This document shows, in pieces, positions 63,555 through 64,000 of a DNA stretch of 64,000 nucleotides (its first letter is position 1; each line of letters begins with the position of its first letter). The notes below the pieces were generated by a model that saw nothing but the letters and a program-made list of their open reading frames with translations, searched no databases and had not been told where the DNA came from. A program made the translations under genes and the position numbers. This DNA comes from Octopus sinensis (taxonomy: Eukaryota): assembly GCF_006345805.1 (NCBI RefSeq), contig NC_043006.1, positions 67,456,001 to 67,520,000 of the forward strand. The letters run 5' to 3'.

Positions 63555-63623
63555 ATCTGACGGCCGTTTCGGGACGAGTTAATTCCAACCATAACAATCA
63601 TCTATATTTCTCTCATCAGAGTT
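63555..63623 (-). ncRNA. Type-I HHR-like motif, canonical core
   Basis: AACT CTGATGA GAGA..TCCC GAAAC GGCC GTC AGAT. Confidence 0.55.
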
Positions 63624-64000
63624 AATCTAAAGGATTTATAAAAAAGTTATTTCATTTTTCTAATTCCTTATCACTGGAGTAGGAGCCAGTTTCTAGCCTA
63701 GAATTAAGGCCCTTTTCTTAGGTATCACTGTAAAGTGCCGTAGAAGGAAGACGAGCACAGTTTGACCTCGCAAAAGCAGATCTTTTGCTTGATCCTTTTC
63801 ACGTCAAAATTTATTTTCTTTCTGTAGAAAATTATATATCATATGAAAGTTCTCATGTAGTTTTGATCAAACCCCAACACTTACATATCATACAAGGATC
63901 CTTCAGCCACCCTCGTATTTCTACACATTCACAAAGTTCACCAGTTTGGGATGAGGGTTGTTTTTTGTTGAATTTTTTGCTTTTGTTTTGTTTTTTTAAA

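Overview
Eukaryotic, AT-rich, extremely microsatellite-rich DNA, probably intergenic or intronic; no intact host gene is recognisable. The tRNA-derived SINE set (two families CORE-like), Penelope-like elements (PLEs), Tx1/R4/CR1/RTE/I-type LINE relics and mariner/maT/pogo transposons resemble an octopod cephalopod genome (inference, not verified). Most ORFs in the supplied track are microsatellite artefacts or decayed transposon frames. Main result: about 20 type-I hammerhead ribozyme (HHR)-like motifs lie in PLE terminal repeats, TA-flanked foldback elements and a tandem retrozyme-like repeat. Their catalytic cores show all four Watson-Crick combinations at the 3-8 tertiary pair (C3-G8, U3-A8, A3-U8, G3-C8). 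A second theme is a set of Tx1-clade retroelements: a (GATA)n-associated LINE in 3 copies, an ORF1-only half-LINE, and a SINE variant with a Tx1-like 3' tail that forms head-to-tail multimers at a fixed site inside its own head. All motifs and translations were read by eye. Element boundaries are approximate (about +/-10-20 bp unless a TSD or TIR is quoted), and family names are provisional.
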